Notes under the pieces: model-generated | What the model was told of the DNA's origin: nothing | Databases searched by the model: none | Seen by the model: only the letters and a program-made list of their open reading frames with translations | Program-made: the position numbers and the translations under genes | Shown here: piece after piece, positions 9,732 through 20,909 of the stretch | How the letters are laid out: each line of letters opens with the position of its first letter | Position numbering within the stretch: position 1 is the stretch's first letter | IMG/VR virus record: IMGVR_UViG_3300031992_000010 | DNA: 64,000 nucleotides | DNA from: a virus | Taxonomy: Duplodnaviria; Heunggongvirae; Uroviricota; Caudoviricetes | Reading direction: 5' to 3' (one strand)

Positions 9732-11123
9732 TTATCCAAGACGGTTTCTAATGAATCCTCTACGAATGCCCTGTACCCACATATCATTTGATTCGGTTAC
9801 CGTATTTGAAGGTGCAACCTGCCAATTTACAGACTCCCAAAAATCCTGTATTGAATTATTTGCGAAGTTATAAACCTTTGCACGGCGTTTGATTGATTCC
9901 TTAACACCTTCACTCGCAAGGTTCCATTTTACTCTCGCATCCTCCGGCATTTCTGCGATAAATTTAGGTTCCTCCGTTTCAACAATACGTTTGTAAACAG
10001 GTTTCTTTCCGGCCCTTTCCTCAAGTAAATCCAATGTTGCATCGATATCACCTAACGTTGTTTTCTTTGACTCTGAAATTTGTTTATCCACATCGGTCTT
10101 AATCGATTCAACCAATGATTGTTTTTCACCTTCAAACCATTGATTTACACCATCACTATATTCCTCAACAACCCATTTTTCAATGTCGTTGGCAATTTCA
10201 GGTGTATAATCCTCAATAACCCATTTTTCGATTTCAGGGGCGAAGTCCTCAACAATCCATTTTTCAACTTCAGGTGAGTATTCCTCAATAACCCATTTTT
10301 CGATTTCAGGTGAGTATTGTTCGACAATCCATTTTTCAAAACCTTCGGAGATTTGTTTTGTATAATCCTCCATAATCCATTTTTGTATACCATCGGCCAA
10401 TGTTTTAAGATCGAAATCCGATTTACTTTCCTTTAATTGGGCAACCTCCGATTCCAATGCCTCAATTCTTTCCAATGCCTCATCAATATTCATATTGTTA
10501 TCGTTATTTTTATTATTTTCGTTATTTACATTTGTTTCCGGTGTTTTGTTCTCATCCGGGTCAGGATTTTTCTCCTCATCAACAACAATAAAACAATTAT
10601 CGTCGAGGGATTCACATACCTGTGATTCGTTTAGATGCAATTTCGCCTGTGAAAAACCCGGGGAACCCACAAGGTCATACGTTTTAAGCATTTCCAATGT
10701 TACGATTCCGTTTTTATCAACGTTACCCTGTGCGCGTGATGAAATGAATAATGGCAATCCACCACGGACAATTTCCTGTGCGATTTTTCCCTTTGGTGTA
10801 TTTAATAATGTAATCTCACCTGTTACAACACCATTTTCATCTATATCGATGGAATTAATTTTGTGTGAAATATTCTCCAATGTAATATTCATTGTTGCGG
10901 GGTGTTCCAATTCACCGGGGCATCCTTCGGCTTCAATACGTTTTTTCATTTCATCCACCATCGCCTTATAATTCTTGGTCTCATAAATACGGTGGTTGTT
11001 ATTCCGAACACCACAAACCCCAAATACACCGGATAACTTCATAAAATCGCCGTCCTCCTTAACTGTCATTGTTTTGACCTCGTTAAGGGTTTCAAATAAT
11101 AAACACTTTTTAGTTTTAGCCAT
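9732..11123 (-). CDS. prohead core protease (gp21-like) fused to scaffold-like domain
   Basis: GELEHP, ISSRAQG, YDLVGSPGFSQA; then coiled coil with 11-aa EKW..E.Y.PE repeats. Confidence 0.85.
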   Translation of the reverse strand: MAKTKKCLLFETLNEVKTMTVKEDGDFMKLSGVFGVCGVRNNNHRIYETKNYKAMVDEMKKRIEAEGCPGELEHPATMNITLENISHKINSIDIDENGVVTGEITLLNTPKGKIAQEIVRGGLPLFISSRAQGNVDKNGIVTLEMLKTYDLVGSPGFSQAKLHLNESQVCESLDDNCFIVVDEEKNPDPDENKTPETNVNNENNKNNDNNMNIDEALERIEALESEVAQLKESKSDFDLKTLADGIQKWIMEDYTKQISEGFEKWIVEQYSPEIEKWVIEEYSPEVEKWIVEDFAPEIEKWVIEDYTPEIANDIEKWVVEEYSDGVNQWFEGEKQSLVESIKTDVDKQISESKKTTLGDIDATLDLLEERAGKKPVYKRIVETEEPKFIAEMPEDARVKWNLASEGVKESIKRRAKVYNFANNSIQDFWESVNWQVAPSNTVTESNDMWVQGIRRGFIRNRLG

Positions 11124-11198
11124 TTTATAAATATATTTTTAATCTATAATAATGGTAAATTTACCCTTATTAAAATTTTTTTTCAATTCTAATTTATT

Positions 11199-11441
11199 TT
11201 ATCGATTTTTCCACACAATATCCTTATAATGTTTGATGATATCCACCTGTTTTAGGAGGAATATTAAGGATTTTTCATAAAACATATACATAGGGCGGAG
11301 CACCGGGCTTTTTGATTCCGATATCCTATGTGACATCAACCGGTTCAGTAACCCATAACGTTCATAATTATATGGCTTATTCAATTCGTGTGAATAATCC
11401 TCATAAATTTTATATCTATTATAATTGTCAAATACCAACAT
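11199..11441 (-). CDS. hypothetical protein
   Basis: Tightly packed in minus-strand structural operon. Confidence 0.55.
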   Translation of the reverse strand: MLVFDNYNRYKIYEDYSHELNKPYNYERYGLLNRLMSHRISESKSPVLRPMYMFYEKSLIFLLKQVDIIKHYKDIVWKNR

Positions 11442-11445
11442 ATCA

Positions 11446-12120
11446 TTAATCCAACGTCACGTATGACGAACATATTTTTTCTATTTTTTTATCAAGATTT
11501 GGTTTCATTGTATTAATAATCGTTGCGATAGGTACCGTATGTGGGACTTCATTCGCAATCGTTGCAATGGTATCAAACATTAGGGATATATAATCCAATA
11601 CATCCGTTAATTTATTACCTAACACGGCAGGTGCCGCGCTCGTCCCCTTCGATCCCAATGAAATACCATCCTTATTGATTTCAATCGTTTTATGATTACC
11701 CAATACCGAAAGCGTTATGTCACCATCCTTATTGATACCAATATAGGAACTATCGTTGCGTATAATCCATCCGGTTCCGTCGGAGAAAAATATTTCCGCC
11801 CACGATGCACCACTCTCCCTACGTGATAGGATTTCAAGGTTACCATTTACGGCCTTGTCCTCCATACCCATATCATAGTCGGGTTTGCGGATCCAAAATA
11901 ATTCCTGCGGATTATCCTGTACGGATAGCAGCCAAACCTCATCACCAACGACCAATTCGGAGAATGAATTTTTCGTCAATTCAAGGAATGGGTATACCGG
12001 AGGTAATAGATCCGGGTTGTCCGTGGTTGAAAATAAACCCGGGGCGCTGACCTTAATAATATTCCGGTCAAGGACCTTAACAACCCTCGCAGGACGCAAT
12101 ATACATTTTTGTAGTTCCAT
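11446..12120 (-). CDS. baseplate central spike / gp5-like protein (tentative)
   Basis: N-terminal OB-like GDEVW segment, beta-rich middle; structural context. Confidence 0.45.
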   Translation of the reverse strand: MELQKCILRPARVVKVLDRNIIKVSAPGLFSTTDNPDLLPPVYPFLELTKNSFSELVVGDEVWLLSVQDNPQELFWIRKPDYDMGMEDKAVNGNLEILSRRESGASWAEIFFSDGTGWIIRNDSSYIGINKDGDITLSVLGNHKTIEINKDGISLGSKGTSAAPAVLGNKLTDVLDYISLMFDTIATIANEVPHTVPIATIINTMKPNLDKKIEKICSSYVTLD

Positions 12121-12122
12121 AT

Positions 12123-12860
12123 TTATATATTTAATTCGACCCTATCCTTATTTGCAACAATTATTTCACTTTTCATTCCGGATATAATCAAATCATTTTC
12201 AACGGCCGTCGATCCATCATATACCGGGAAATTTGTTTCCAATTCAATATCCAATTCTATGGTTCTTGCCTTTTGTTCGGTGGTACCGCCATCAAATTCG
12301 ATATTCTTTTCCGGCGATGCGGATTCCGGTAATTTATAGGAGCAAAGTATATTTTGTCCCATATATGAAATACTAAACGTCCGGATAAAAATAAGTTTGG
12401 ATATTATTTGTTGTACCACCGAAAGACTATCCGTAAACGTATCGGTATAATATTTTAATGTTACCGATGTTTTTATAGGTATACGGCGGTATTCCGTTGT
12501 AAATGAAACAATTTTATTATCATATTCCACATTCAATGCACCCGTTGTAAAAGGATTGGTAAGTTGGTCCGTAAGGATATCGATTCCTCCGGGGTTTACC
12601 GCACAACGTGGAATCATACTATATACATATTTCTCATTCGACACCTCCTGCGGCTCGATGGAATGATCCTGTCCCTTAACCTCAAGATACATGGTATCAT
12701 CGCCGGTGTTTATAATATAATGTGGTATTGAAACACCGTGGAGGAAAATGGTTTTGTTCAGGTTGAATATGAGTCCCTTATATAAAAGGGAAAAGAAGTT
12801 CGACATATTATTTATGTCGATCTCCCCCCTGTTTATTTTATGTCGTAAATCCTTTTCCAT
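12123..12860 (-). CDS. tail sheath stabiliser/terminator gp15-like
   Basis: IPIK..VTLKYYTDTFTDSLSVVQQII resembles the gp15 VPY...D..QI.EQI segment. Confidence 0.6.
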   Translation of the reverse strand: MEKDLRHKINRGEIDINNMSNFFSLLYKGLIFNLNKTIFLHGVSIPHYIINTGDDTMYLEVKGQDHSIEPQEVSNEKYVYSMIPRCAVNPGGIDILTDQLTNPFTTGALNVEYDNKIVSFTTEYRRIPIKTSVTLKYYTDTFTDSLSVVQQIISKLIFIRTFSISYMGQNILCSYKLPESASPEKNIEFDGGTTEQKARTIELDIELETNFPVYDGSTAVENDLIISGMKSEIIVANKDRVELNI

Positions 12861-12865
12861 TTATA

Positions 12866-15800
12866 TTAGTTTGTTTTTATAGGTTGATATACGTTTCCGG
12901 CCGTCGTTAATTGAATTTCATCATTAACGTTGTAATCCTTGTTTGCCTTTACGGTGATCTCGAAATTGATTGGATCCTTGTAAAGTGACGTACGAATATC
13001 GATGGAAACCGTTTTTTCGATCGAATCCAATTCATTGGTATCAAGTTTATATTCAAATATCAAATCCAACGATAAGGATTCGTTTGGTGCCAACGATTTA
13101 TATTCAAACCCATCGCCGGTACCTTGAACCTGTATTGATGCAAAGTTATCAATCATTGGATATAAACTTGCCCCGGCTCCAACCTCCTGATCCGAACCGT
13201 GATCCGGCATTTGCATTATTTTCCTCATAACATCCCTCATAGATACCGGATAAATATTATTATTACCCTTTGTATATGCACCGCCGAGATTTAGATTATT
13301 TTTGTTATATATCCCATTATATTGCCCTTGGTCATATGCCTCCATACCACCATCACCAATCAATGTTGTCTCACGAGGAGACCCCCCACCTTCACGCACT
13401 ATCATATCCCCATACATTACCGGATTTCCCTCATCATATATTGGTAATTTACGAGCATCGTATTGCTCGGTGGTTGCATATGGATTATTATATGGTGTAT
13501 TTAAACGGAAATATAATAATTGGGAATAACGTTGGTTGAATACACTACCTTGTCCTTCACGTTGTCCACCGTCGGGGGTTGTTTGGATACCCTTATAATT
13601 TGTACACCACACCGGCACACCATAACCAAATCCGTGATGCCCATCACCATAAATTGTTGAATAATTTGATACATCCACCGCGCCACGTGATGAACCGGTA
13701 AGTTGTGTTTTGAAATTTCCCGGAAATATTGAATAAAGTTTTATTGTATGCGATGTTGGATTCAATATGTCCATATGAATGCGTTTTTGAACAATACCAT
13801 AATCCTCCTCCTTCAGTGAGCCCACCATATCATTATATGGCGTAACAAGGAATGTATTTTTGGTGTTTGAATTAATCGTCATTACCGTTGAATCGCACGA
13901 AAGTTTAATAACCGGTTGATCCAAATTGATACCAAAAACCTCATCATTTAATTTTACAATCATATTATTCAATTCCTGCAACTTATCATACAAAGGAACC
14001 ACACGGCGTGATTCGGTGTAGAAACCACTTGCGATTGATTGGGGTTTATGCAGGTATGTAATATCCTGATCGGTTACGGTATCATTTACGTGTTTTATGG
14101 TACCGTTCTTTTCGAGGATGTTATTTAATTGGTTGCGTTTGACCTCATTATTATTTTCCTCGATAATATCCAATACCTCAACATTTTTCTCAAATTCCTC
14201 CGGGAATAATACCTCCACATTATCCGACCATCCGGATGTACATTCAATGAATGGATATCCCAGGTCATAAACGACCTTCATACGAATTTCGACCTTTTCA
14301 CCTTGTGTAATAGGAATATCTATTTGATTAAATGAAATTTCATTATCCAACATTGTATCCGCGGGGTAATTGAAATGATATTGGTTATCGGCTGTACCAT
14401 ACTCCGGTAACTTAATTAAGCCCGGAACGGCCACCTCATTCCACTCGCTGAATACAAAGTTATTATCTATTGCCTTCAAACCGCCTACCGTTGAATCCTG
14501 ATTTCTATAACGGTATTGAACGTGCAGTTTTACAACCGTTGTAAAATCTATGGCATTATCCGCGAGAAATTTTTGATAGTCAAAATAACCACGGATTCTA
14601 TATTTTGCCCCCGAAATAGGTATTGTCGCATCGTTTGCATTTTGCGATATTTCATTCACCAACGATTTTATATATTCGGTGGTCTCCGTCTTTTGTGATT
14701 GGAGGGTTTGAAGTTGTGACTCATATATTTGACGATTTTGGTTTGTATCCTCAAATGAATTTGTTTGCAGGATGGTATTAATATCGTCAATTTGTTGTTG
14801 TATGGTCGAAAGTGTTTGTTGATATTCCTTCTTTTGTGAATATAATGACCTGATATTGTCCAACTTGGCCGAATCATTTAGGTGTTCATTTATATTTACC
14901 ACCTTTACAACCACATCATCCACCGCAGGTTTTATCCCCGTTATTTTTGTGAAGTTTTCGTACGATGTATTATTAATGGTATTATTAATCATCGTGGTGA
15001 TTCCATACAAGGTATCACCGATATTATTTACGAAATTTTTATAATAATCCAAATAATTATATGCCACACCATCAACAACACAGGTTAACAAATTGGTATC
15101 CACCGCCAGGCCATAACTATAATCCGATTGAATATTAAGTCCATTTATTGAGGCAATAAATATAATACAATTATCATCCTCCTCCAACGTAACCTTTGCA
15201 TATTTTTCCTTATCGAAATCAACGGTACTGCGGAATTTTAATTTACAAAATTCCTCCGCATCATTATCGTGATATGATGTCAATGATACATACATACCGG
15301 ATTTTACCTGCGCGGTAATCGTTTGTGTTGCATAATCCACATTCGTAACGGTTAGGAGTACCGTATCGGTATAGTTTGTCAACTCATCGCCAATTTGTAT
15401 ATAATGTTCTATTGTTCCATCATCGGTTGTATATGTTAACGGTCCGTCCACGGTGATAACATATGTTTCCTTAAAGTTATCATCAAGTTTATCCTCAACG
15501 ATTTCCTCTATAAGGTACTCACCATAACCTATCGCCCGGTGAAGCGGCAGACGCTGGATGGTATCATATTCAACATAATCCTTATCCTCCTCATACAAAT
15601 CCAATTTGGCGCGGACATCACCATATGCCATTGCCGTGGTTGGTTCCTCACCGGTAAAAATGGCCTGACGCAATTCGGAGTTTTTTATTATAATTTTTTT
15701 AATATTAATTTCCTTTATATCATTCGGTAAATCAACGAGATCCAATTTGATATATGGGCAAGGTGTAACCAAATCCTTCAATATATCATTTTGATCAATT

Positions 15801-16141
15801 TTAAATTCGGAAATGGAAAGGTTACCCAAATCGATGGCACCCGGTTTATTTGAAAATCCCTTAACATTTATTAATTGGGAATCGCCATCGAAAGAAAATG
15901 CGGCCTCGCCGGTACGCGGGGCATTTACAAGATTTTCAAAGTTGGCCTGTAATGTATTAATTTTATCCTCCAAACAAAGGAACGATGGTATGGCGAATAA
16001 TTGCTGATTATCGCCGGATCCAATCATGGCGCTTATATGTTCGGATTTGGTATAGAAACTTTCATTTAAAGCCTTCAATATTGAAAGGTTTTGTTCCGTA
16101 ATTTCCTGTAAACGATTCAGGTATTCGGTCATATTTGCCAT
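12866..16141 (-). CDS. large putative virion protein
   Basis: 1091 aa ORF with coiled coils in structural operon. Confidence 0.7.
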   Translation of the reverse strand: MANMTEYLNRLQEITEQNLSILKALNESFYTKSEHISAMIGSGDNQQLFAIPSFLCLEDKINTLQANFENLVNAPRTGEAAFSFDGDSQLINVKGFSNKPGAIDLGNLSISEFKIDQNDILKDLVTPCPYIKLDLVDLPNDIKEINIKKIIIKNSELRQAIFTGEEPTTAMAYGDVRAKLDLYEEDKDYVEYDTIQRLPLHRAIGYGEYLIEEIVEDKLDDNFKETYVITVDGPLTYTTDDGTIEHYIQIGDELTNYTDTVLLTVTNVDYATQTITAQVKSGMYVSLTSYHDNDAEEFCKLKFRSTVDFDKEKYAKVTLEEDDNCIIFIASINGLNIQSDYSYGLAVDTNLLTCVVDGVAYNYLDYYKNFVNNIGDTLYGITTMINNTINNTSYENFTKITGIKPAVDDVVVKVVNINEHLNDSAKLDNIRSLYSQKKEYQQTLSTIQQQIDDINTILQTNSFEDTNQNRQIYESQLQTLQSQKTETTEYIKSLVNEISQNANDATIPISGAKYRIRGYFDYQKFLADNAIDFTTVVKLHVQYRYRNQDSTVGGLKAIDNNFVFSEWNEVAVPGLIKLPEYGTADNQYHFNYPADTMLDNEISFNQIDIPITQGEKVEIRMKVVYDLGYPFIECTSGWSDNVEVLFPEEFEKNVEVLDIIEENNNEVKRNQLNNILEKNGTIKHVNDTVTDQDITYLHKPQSIASGFYTESRRVVPLYDKLQELNNMIVKLNDEVFGINLDQPVIKLSCDSTVMTINSNTKNTFLVTPYNDMVGSLKEEDYGIVQKRIHMDILNPTSHTIKLYSIFPGNFKTQLTGSSRGAVDVSNYSTIYGDGHHGFGYGVPVWCTNYKGIQTTPDGGQREGQGSVFNQRYSQLLYFRLNTPYNNPYATTEQYDARKLPIYDEGNPVMYGDMIVREGGGSPRETTLIGDGGMEAYDQGQYNGIYNKNNLNLGGAYTKGNNNIYPVSMRDVMRKIMQMPDHGSDQEVGAGASLYPMIDNFASIQVQGTGDGFEYKSLAPNESLSLDLIFEYKLDTNELDSIEKTVSIDIRTSLYKDPINFEITVKANKDYNVNDEIQLTTAGNVYQPIKTN

Positions 16142-16231
16142 ATACGAAAAACTATTTTTAATATATAATAAAATACGTTTACGTTTTAATAAAAAAATAT
16201 TAAGTTTATTTTTTATATAAAAACCACACCA

Positions 16232-18979
16232 ATGGCAGGGTTTAAAAACGTAAAGGAAAGTATAAATAATACATCATCCGGATTGAAGGATAGGGTTAAT
16301 AATTTCAAACAATCCGTAAATGATAACGTTGTTAGTCTCAACGGGGCCTCGAATATGCAAAAACAATCCCGTTCATATAATAAAATGTTCGGGGCGATTC
16401 CGAATAGAACCTCACTTGTAAACTCAAACAATCCGATGGGTTCGTGGGTGAAATATGGGCGTTATAATATACTCCCAAGAAGTGTGGCATTCGAATTTAA
16501 TACGTATAAAAACTGGGCTCCATTTTCCATTCTTATGGAACCCAACAATTATGAAAATGGGGAACCCGGGGAACATATAGATAGTTATACCGATGATCTT
16601 GGACGTAAAATTAATGAAATATATTACGATCCTCTCATTAAGGATTCCGGTATTATTGGTAGAAAATCATTATTTAATCCATTCGCGGCCGTAAATGAAA
16701 CCAATGCGGTGAGAATGTCAATTAATGCCCCCTTACTTGATAGTCCACAGGCAAGTATCGAACGGGCGGCCGCAAATGATTGTGGTATAAAGGCACTCGT
16801 GGATGCATCCACATCGGGTAGATTGGGTGTTGCCACCTATTCGTATGCCGATTTTATGTATTGTAAATATTTGGGCAAATGTAGTAATGAATATTTAATT
16901 ACATTGCGCCGATTTGCATATCCTCCAGGTGACCATATCAATACGGTTGATTATCAAAATACCGGCATGGAAAATGAAACCCAACATCACACAAACGATA
17001 TCGGTAGAATGGTGACCTGGATGGGAACCCCGGGAAATGAGATGGGAAACATCCTAAAATATTCGGTTAAAATTCCGTATAAGGAATTTACCGCAAAAAT
17101 GCAGGAGGTTGATGAAAATAAATCGACAAGCGATGGTATTCTTGCAAGTATAATGAATCTCGGTGACAAACGTAACCTTCAACTTATCGAGGAGGGTTCC
17201 GGTGGCGCCGGGTCAACAAAAATGCTTCAAAGTGCATTGGGATTAATACCTGGTCCAATTAGTAAAATGAGTGGATTTGTTGGTGATCCGCCATATACAT
17301 CCGATGATTGGAAAAAGAATTACGATCAAAATAAATCATATGGACCGTTGGATGTAATAACCAAGACGTGGAAGCGTGCCGGCGCGGACGATGGTGATGG
17401 CCTTGAATTTGATCAGGATATAACACTCCAATTTGATTATGAATTACGCTCATACGATGGAATAAATGGTAGGGCGGCAATGATGGATTTATTATCCAAT
17501 ATTCTTGCCACCTGTTATACAACCGGTAAATTTTGGGGCGGTTCCACCCGTTTTCTTGGTGCATCACAATCAAACGTATATGCCAACCTCCCTATATTTA
17601 TGAGGGATAATGGGGATCAAAAGCCCGGTGATTTTGCATCATATTCAAAACGTATAGCGGATTCATTTAATATGGCATTTAGAGGTGGAAATGACGAGGA
17701 TTCCGTTGAAAAACGACGTAATGCGGAGATACATACATATAAATCCGAAAATAAGAAAAAACAAAAGAATTCAAAGGGCTCCGGGGTGATCGAAAAGGTT
17801 ACATCCATATTTGGTGATATTGGTTCCTTAATACAAAATGCGGGCTCCGCATTGGGATCATTATTATACGGTGGTTTGATAAACAAATTAGGTCGTCCTG
17901 CGGTATTGGCAGTTAACTCCCTATTATCGGATGCACCAACCGGATTATGGCATTTAACCATTGGTAATCCAAAGGCACCGATAATGTCCATGGGTAATAT
18001 GATTATTGATAACTGTGAAATTGAGCATACCGGCCCGCTTGGTATTGATGGATTCCCAACAGGTCTTTCCGTAAAAATCAAATTAAAACACGGTAAACCG
18101 AGGGAAAATACCGCCATAGAGCGTATGTATATGCAGGGTGATTATCGTATATATAGCCCTATGGGTGATAAGGTATTAAAAATGTATTGGGGAGCCCCTT
18201 CGTTGGCCATGATGGCCGCATCCAACGTACGGCAAAATCAAATAAATGAAAGGAAAATCTCGGAGGAGGATTACCGTAAATCCCAATTTTATGTGGATGA
18301 TTATGTGGATGATTTTTCAAAGGTTGCCCCAAAGGATTCCACAACGGATACCATAAACCTTGCAAGATATTTTGGTACGGTTGCAACAATCAAGGCCGAT
18401 ACCGCCACATCACCAACCGTTTATTTGACAAATACCGGTAAGGAGGCATTATTTGGGTCAACCTCAACCAAACAGGCACAAAATAATGATAAACGTGATG
18501 AACTTTTGGAGAAAAGATATAAGGCATTGGGTGATCAGGTTGAGGAGGAAAAGAAGTTAACGGAGGCAACGAATAACTTAACGGCGGCTAATGAGGATTT
18601 AAATGCATTCAAGGAGGTACAATCGGAAGGAATTGGTGGCCATGATGTATATTTATGGAGTTGGGGTGTTAACAGGGATTCACTTAAAGTAACCTGGGAG
18701 GCCGCAATGGGTGACAGTGATTTGGGAACCAATTATTCATTTGAATTTACCGGGGATCCGTCAACCTGGATGGATCAATATAAGGAGATGGTAAGTAACA
18801 TCAAAGGACATAAAAATTATAATAACAGGAATGATGATGACAAATGGAAGAAAAATTTTGATAAACAAACCTCCGATTTTGAAAATACACTTGCGGGTAT
18901 AATTGCCGCAAAACAAAGTCAATTAAAATCACAGGAAACAATAAACGAGGTATCCGCCGCAAAATCAAACGCCGGATAA
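16232..18979 (+). CDS. large putative virion (baseplate/tail) protein
   Basis: 915 aa ORF divergent from structural operon; function not recognised. Confidence 0.7.
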   Translation: MAGFKNVKESINNTSSGLKDRVNNFKQSVNDNVVSLNGASNMQKQSRSYNKMFGAIPNRTSLVNSNNPMGSWVKYGRYNILPRSVAFEFNTYKNWAPFSILMEPNNYENGEPGEHIDSYTDDLGRKINEIYYDPLIKDSGIIGRKSLFNPFAAVNETNAVRMSINAPLLDSPQASIERAAANDCGIKALVDASTSGRLGVATYSYADFMYCKYLGKCSNEYLITLRRFAYPPGDHINTVDYQNTGMENETQHHTNDIGRMVTWMGTPGNEMGNILKYSVKIPYKEFTAKMQEVDENKSTSDGILASIMNLGDKRNLQLIEEGSGGAGSTKMLQSALGLIPGPISKMSGFVGDPPYTSDDWKKNYDQNKSYGPLDVITKTWKRAGADDGDGLEFDQDITLQFDYELRSYDGINGRAAMMDLLSNILATCYTTGKFWGGSTRFLGASQSNVYANLPIFMRDNGDQKPGDFASYSKRIADSFNMAFRGGNDEDSVEKRRNAEIHTYKSENKKKQKNSKGSGVIEKVTSIFGDIGSLIQNAGSALGSLLYGGLINKLGRPAVLAVNSLLSDAPTGLWHLTIGNPKAPIMSMGNMIIDNCEIEHTGPLGIDGFPTGLSVKIKLKHGKPRENTAIERMYMQGDYRIYSPMGDKVLKMYWGAPSLAMMAASNVRQNQINERKISEEDYRKSQFYVDDYVDDFSKVAPKDSTTDTINLARYFGTVATIKADTATSPTVYLTNTGKEALFGSTSTKQAQNNDKRDELLEKRYKALGDQVEEEKKLTEATNNLTAANEDLNAFKEVQSEGIGGHDVYLWSWGVNRDSLKVTWEAAMGDSDLGTNYSFEFTGDPSTWMDQYKEMVSNIKGHKNYNNRNDDDKWKKNFDKQTSDFENTLAGIIAAKQSQLKSQETINEVSAAKSNAG

Positions 18980-19190
18980 AAAAATTAATATAAAGTTAAA
19001 TTTTTGGATATACCATTTTATTATTAAAACAAATTAATGCAAAAATGCTAAACCTGAATTTACATATGATATCCTTTGGAGGCATTCAAACACCCAAACG
19101 TAATTGGGCGAATGAAAGCGTCTATGATATCCGGATATGAAGGTTTTGTACAATACCATGAACATTTTTAGAATTGGGATAAGCGCTGAA

Positions 19191-19230
19191 AAACCTTCAA
19201 ATAAAAAAAATTTGAAGGTTTTTTTATTTT
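19191..19230 (+). terminator. intrinsic terminator
   Basis: AAACCTTCAAA...TTTGAAGGTTT plus T tract. Confidence 0.65.
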
Positions 19231-19234
19231 TCGT

Positions 19235-19263
19235 TAAATTTTTTGAAAATTGTTTATATATTA
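19235..19263 (+). promoter_or_regulatory. bipartite motif, putative promoter of tRNA array
   Basis: TAAATTTTT-TGAAAATTGTTT-ATATATTA. Confidence 0.7.
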
Positions 19264-19412
19264 ATTTGTAAAATTTAGAAAGAGAACATTGACAGAGGTC
19301 GAAAGACCCAAACGGGAAATAGGAAATTGACGGAAGCATTTACGACAATGATGCTTGAGGTGAAATGGATATCGGTAAAACGAGCCATCCGTGACCAAAA
19401 AACCTCAAATTT

Positions 19413-19485
19413 GCCTCGTTAGTATAGCCGGTTATTATACCTGACTTGTAATCAGGGGACCGCGGTTCGAATCCGTGACGAGGCT
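19413..19485 (+). tRNA. tRNA-Thr(TGT)
   Basis: Cloverleaf; CCTGA-CT TGT AA-TCAGG. Confidence 0.9.
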
Positions 19486-19712
19486 CTCACGAGAAGATGG
19501 AATGATATCACACTTCCCCTGACAATCAAAAAGTGATATCAATTTACAATTTGTGCACACAATTGTAGGAATGGAGATCTTGAAGGATGGTACTCCACGT
19601 TAAATACTAAAAGACCTCCTGCCTATAACAATGAGTCATCCATTTAGTAGGATCCGGAAGTACAGGTTTGGATTCCGGAAAAGGTGTTGCAAATACATCC
19701 CATTGTATTCTT

Positions 19713-19784
19713 GGGCTTGTCGTATAAAGGTAATTACGGGTGCCTGTTAAGCACTTTATGGTGGTTCGAGTCCACCCGAGCCCG
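19713..19784 (+). tRNA. tRNA-Asn(GTT)
   Basis: GTGC-CT GTT AA-GCAC; acceptor GGGCTTG/CGAGCCC. Confidence 0.85.
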
Positions 19785-20067
19785 CACGGTTTACTGATCC
19801 TTCCATAAAAAGGATGTACATAAATTTGCGGTACGATAGATTGTCAACCGTGGGTGTGAGGGGTTCTACCGAAAATCCCCGTTTTAGTAGAGCAGCAGCT
19901 GATCAGGTTCTACGGAGTGAGGTCGAAAAACTCTTTTCTAAAATTGCGTTATGTGGGAATGGCTGACCAGCATCCACAATTTGCCGGACGTGGGGCGTGT
20001 GTGAATAATCCGGAAGAACAACACACAATGATTGGTACGAATCCCACTGACGTAATAAATTTAATTT

Positions 20068-20140
20068 GGGCCGGTAGCATAATTGGCTAATGCGCTTGAC
20101 TTGCAATCAGGAAGATAGGGTTCGAGCCCCTCCGTGTCCA
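20068..20140 (+). tRNA. tRNA-Ala(TGC), imperfect acceptor stem
   Basis: CT TGC AA loop; first 19 nt identical to tRNA-Arg(ACG) at 22563. Confidence 0.75.
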
Positions 20141-20200
20141 CAACAACAATGTAGTTATCATATAGACTCCGCCCCGCGTGAGGATTCCGTAGGGGCAAAT

Positions 20201-20283
20201 GGGCTTGTGGTGGAATTGGTAGAGCACGCCTGACTTAGGATCAGGTGCCGAAAGGCGTGAGGGTTCGAGTCCCTCCAAGCCCA
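20201..20283 (+). tRNA. tRNA-Leu(TAG)
   Basis: CCTGA-CT TAG GA-TCAGG, long variable arm. Confidence 0.9.
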
Positions 20284-20460
20284 CAAAATCAAATCCTAAC
20301 TCAAGATTGACACTTGAGGGTTGTGAAGTAAAGATACGGATATAAACCGCGCGGTGAAGACGGTGATACTTCGGAAAGATGGAATATAAAGCAATGGCCA
20401 TAAGTAAAATCCATCCCACGATGGGTAGTACCATACGGATAGTAAAGATTTGGTTTTAAT

Positions 20461-20537
20461 ACCGGGATATCCCCTCTATCTTATACATAGTGGAAAGGGT
20501 AGTTGGTCACAGGTGGGTTCGATCCCCTCGCCCGGTA
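20461..20537 (+). ncRNA. tRNA-like element lacking D-arm, possible TAT anticodon
   Basis: ACCGGG/CCCGGT acceptor, GGG-TTCGATC-CCC T-arm, CTAT-CT TAT AC-ATAG hairpin. Confidence 0.4.
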
Positions 20538-20553
20538 CAAAAATTGATATTTC

Positions 20554-20627
20554 GCCCCTTTGGCGTAGTGGTTTAGCGCGCCTGTTTTACACACAGTGGG
20601 TCGGTGGTTCAAATCCATCAAGGGGCA
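20554..20627 (+). tRNA. tRNA-Val(TAC)
   Basis: CTGT-TT TAC AC-ACAG. Confidence 0.9.
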
Positions 20628-20909
20628 CAAAACAATACAACAGGTGGATGACACAGGTTGAAGCCCTGTATGGTGATCCCATTAGTTAAGTTAGACTTTA
20701 ATATTCGCCTGTTTCAATACAAATCGGTCAATCTCCATTGTGATCCAACTGATAAGTGAAGGAGTGTACATTTACGAGGGACTTGAGGATGAGAATGGTT
20801 TATTAAGGGTTGATTTTTGAAGGGGTAAGTATTGGGAAGGTTGCAAACGAACCAATATGGATCCGGATGACTTGAGGATGTGAACGGCCTGCCGATTTTT
20901 TAGGATTAT

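Noticed and set aside
10140-10390. Regular 33-nt repeats resembling a CRISPR array
   Set aside because: In-frame coding repeats of the protease-scaffold gene with no unique spacers
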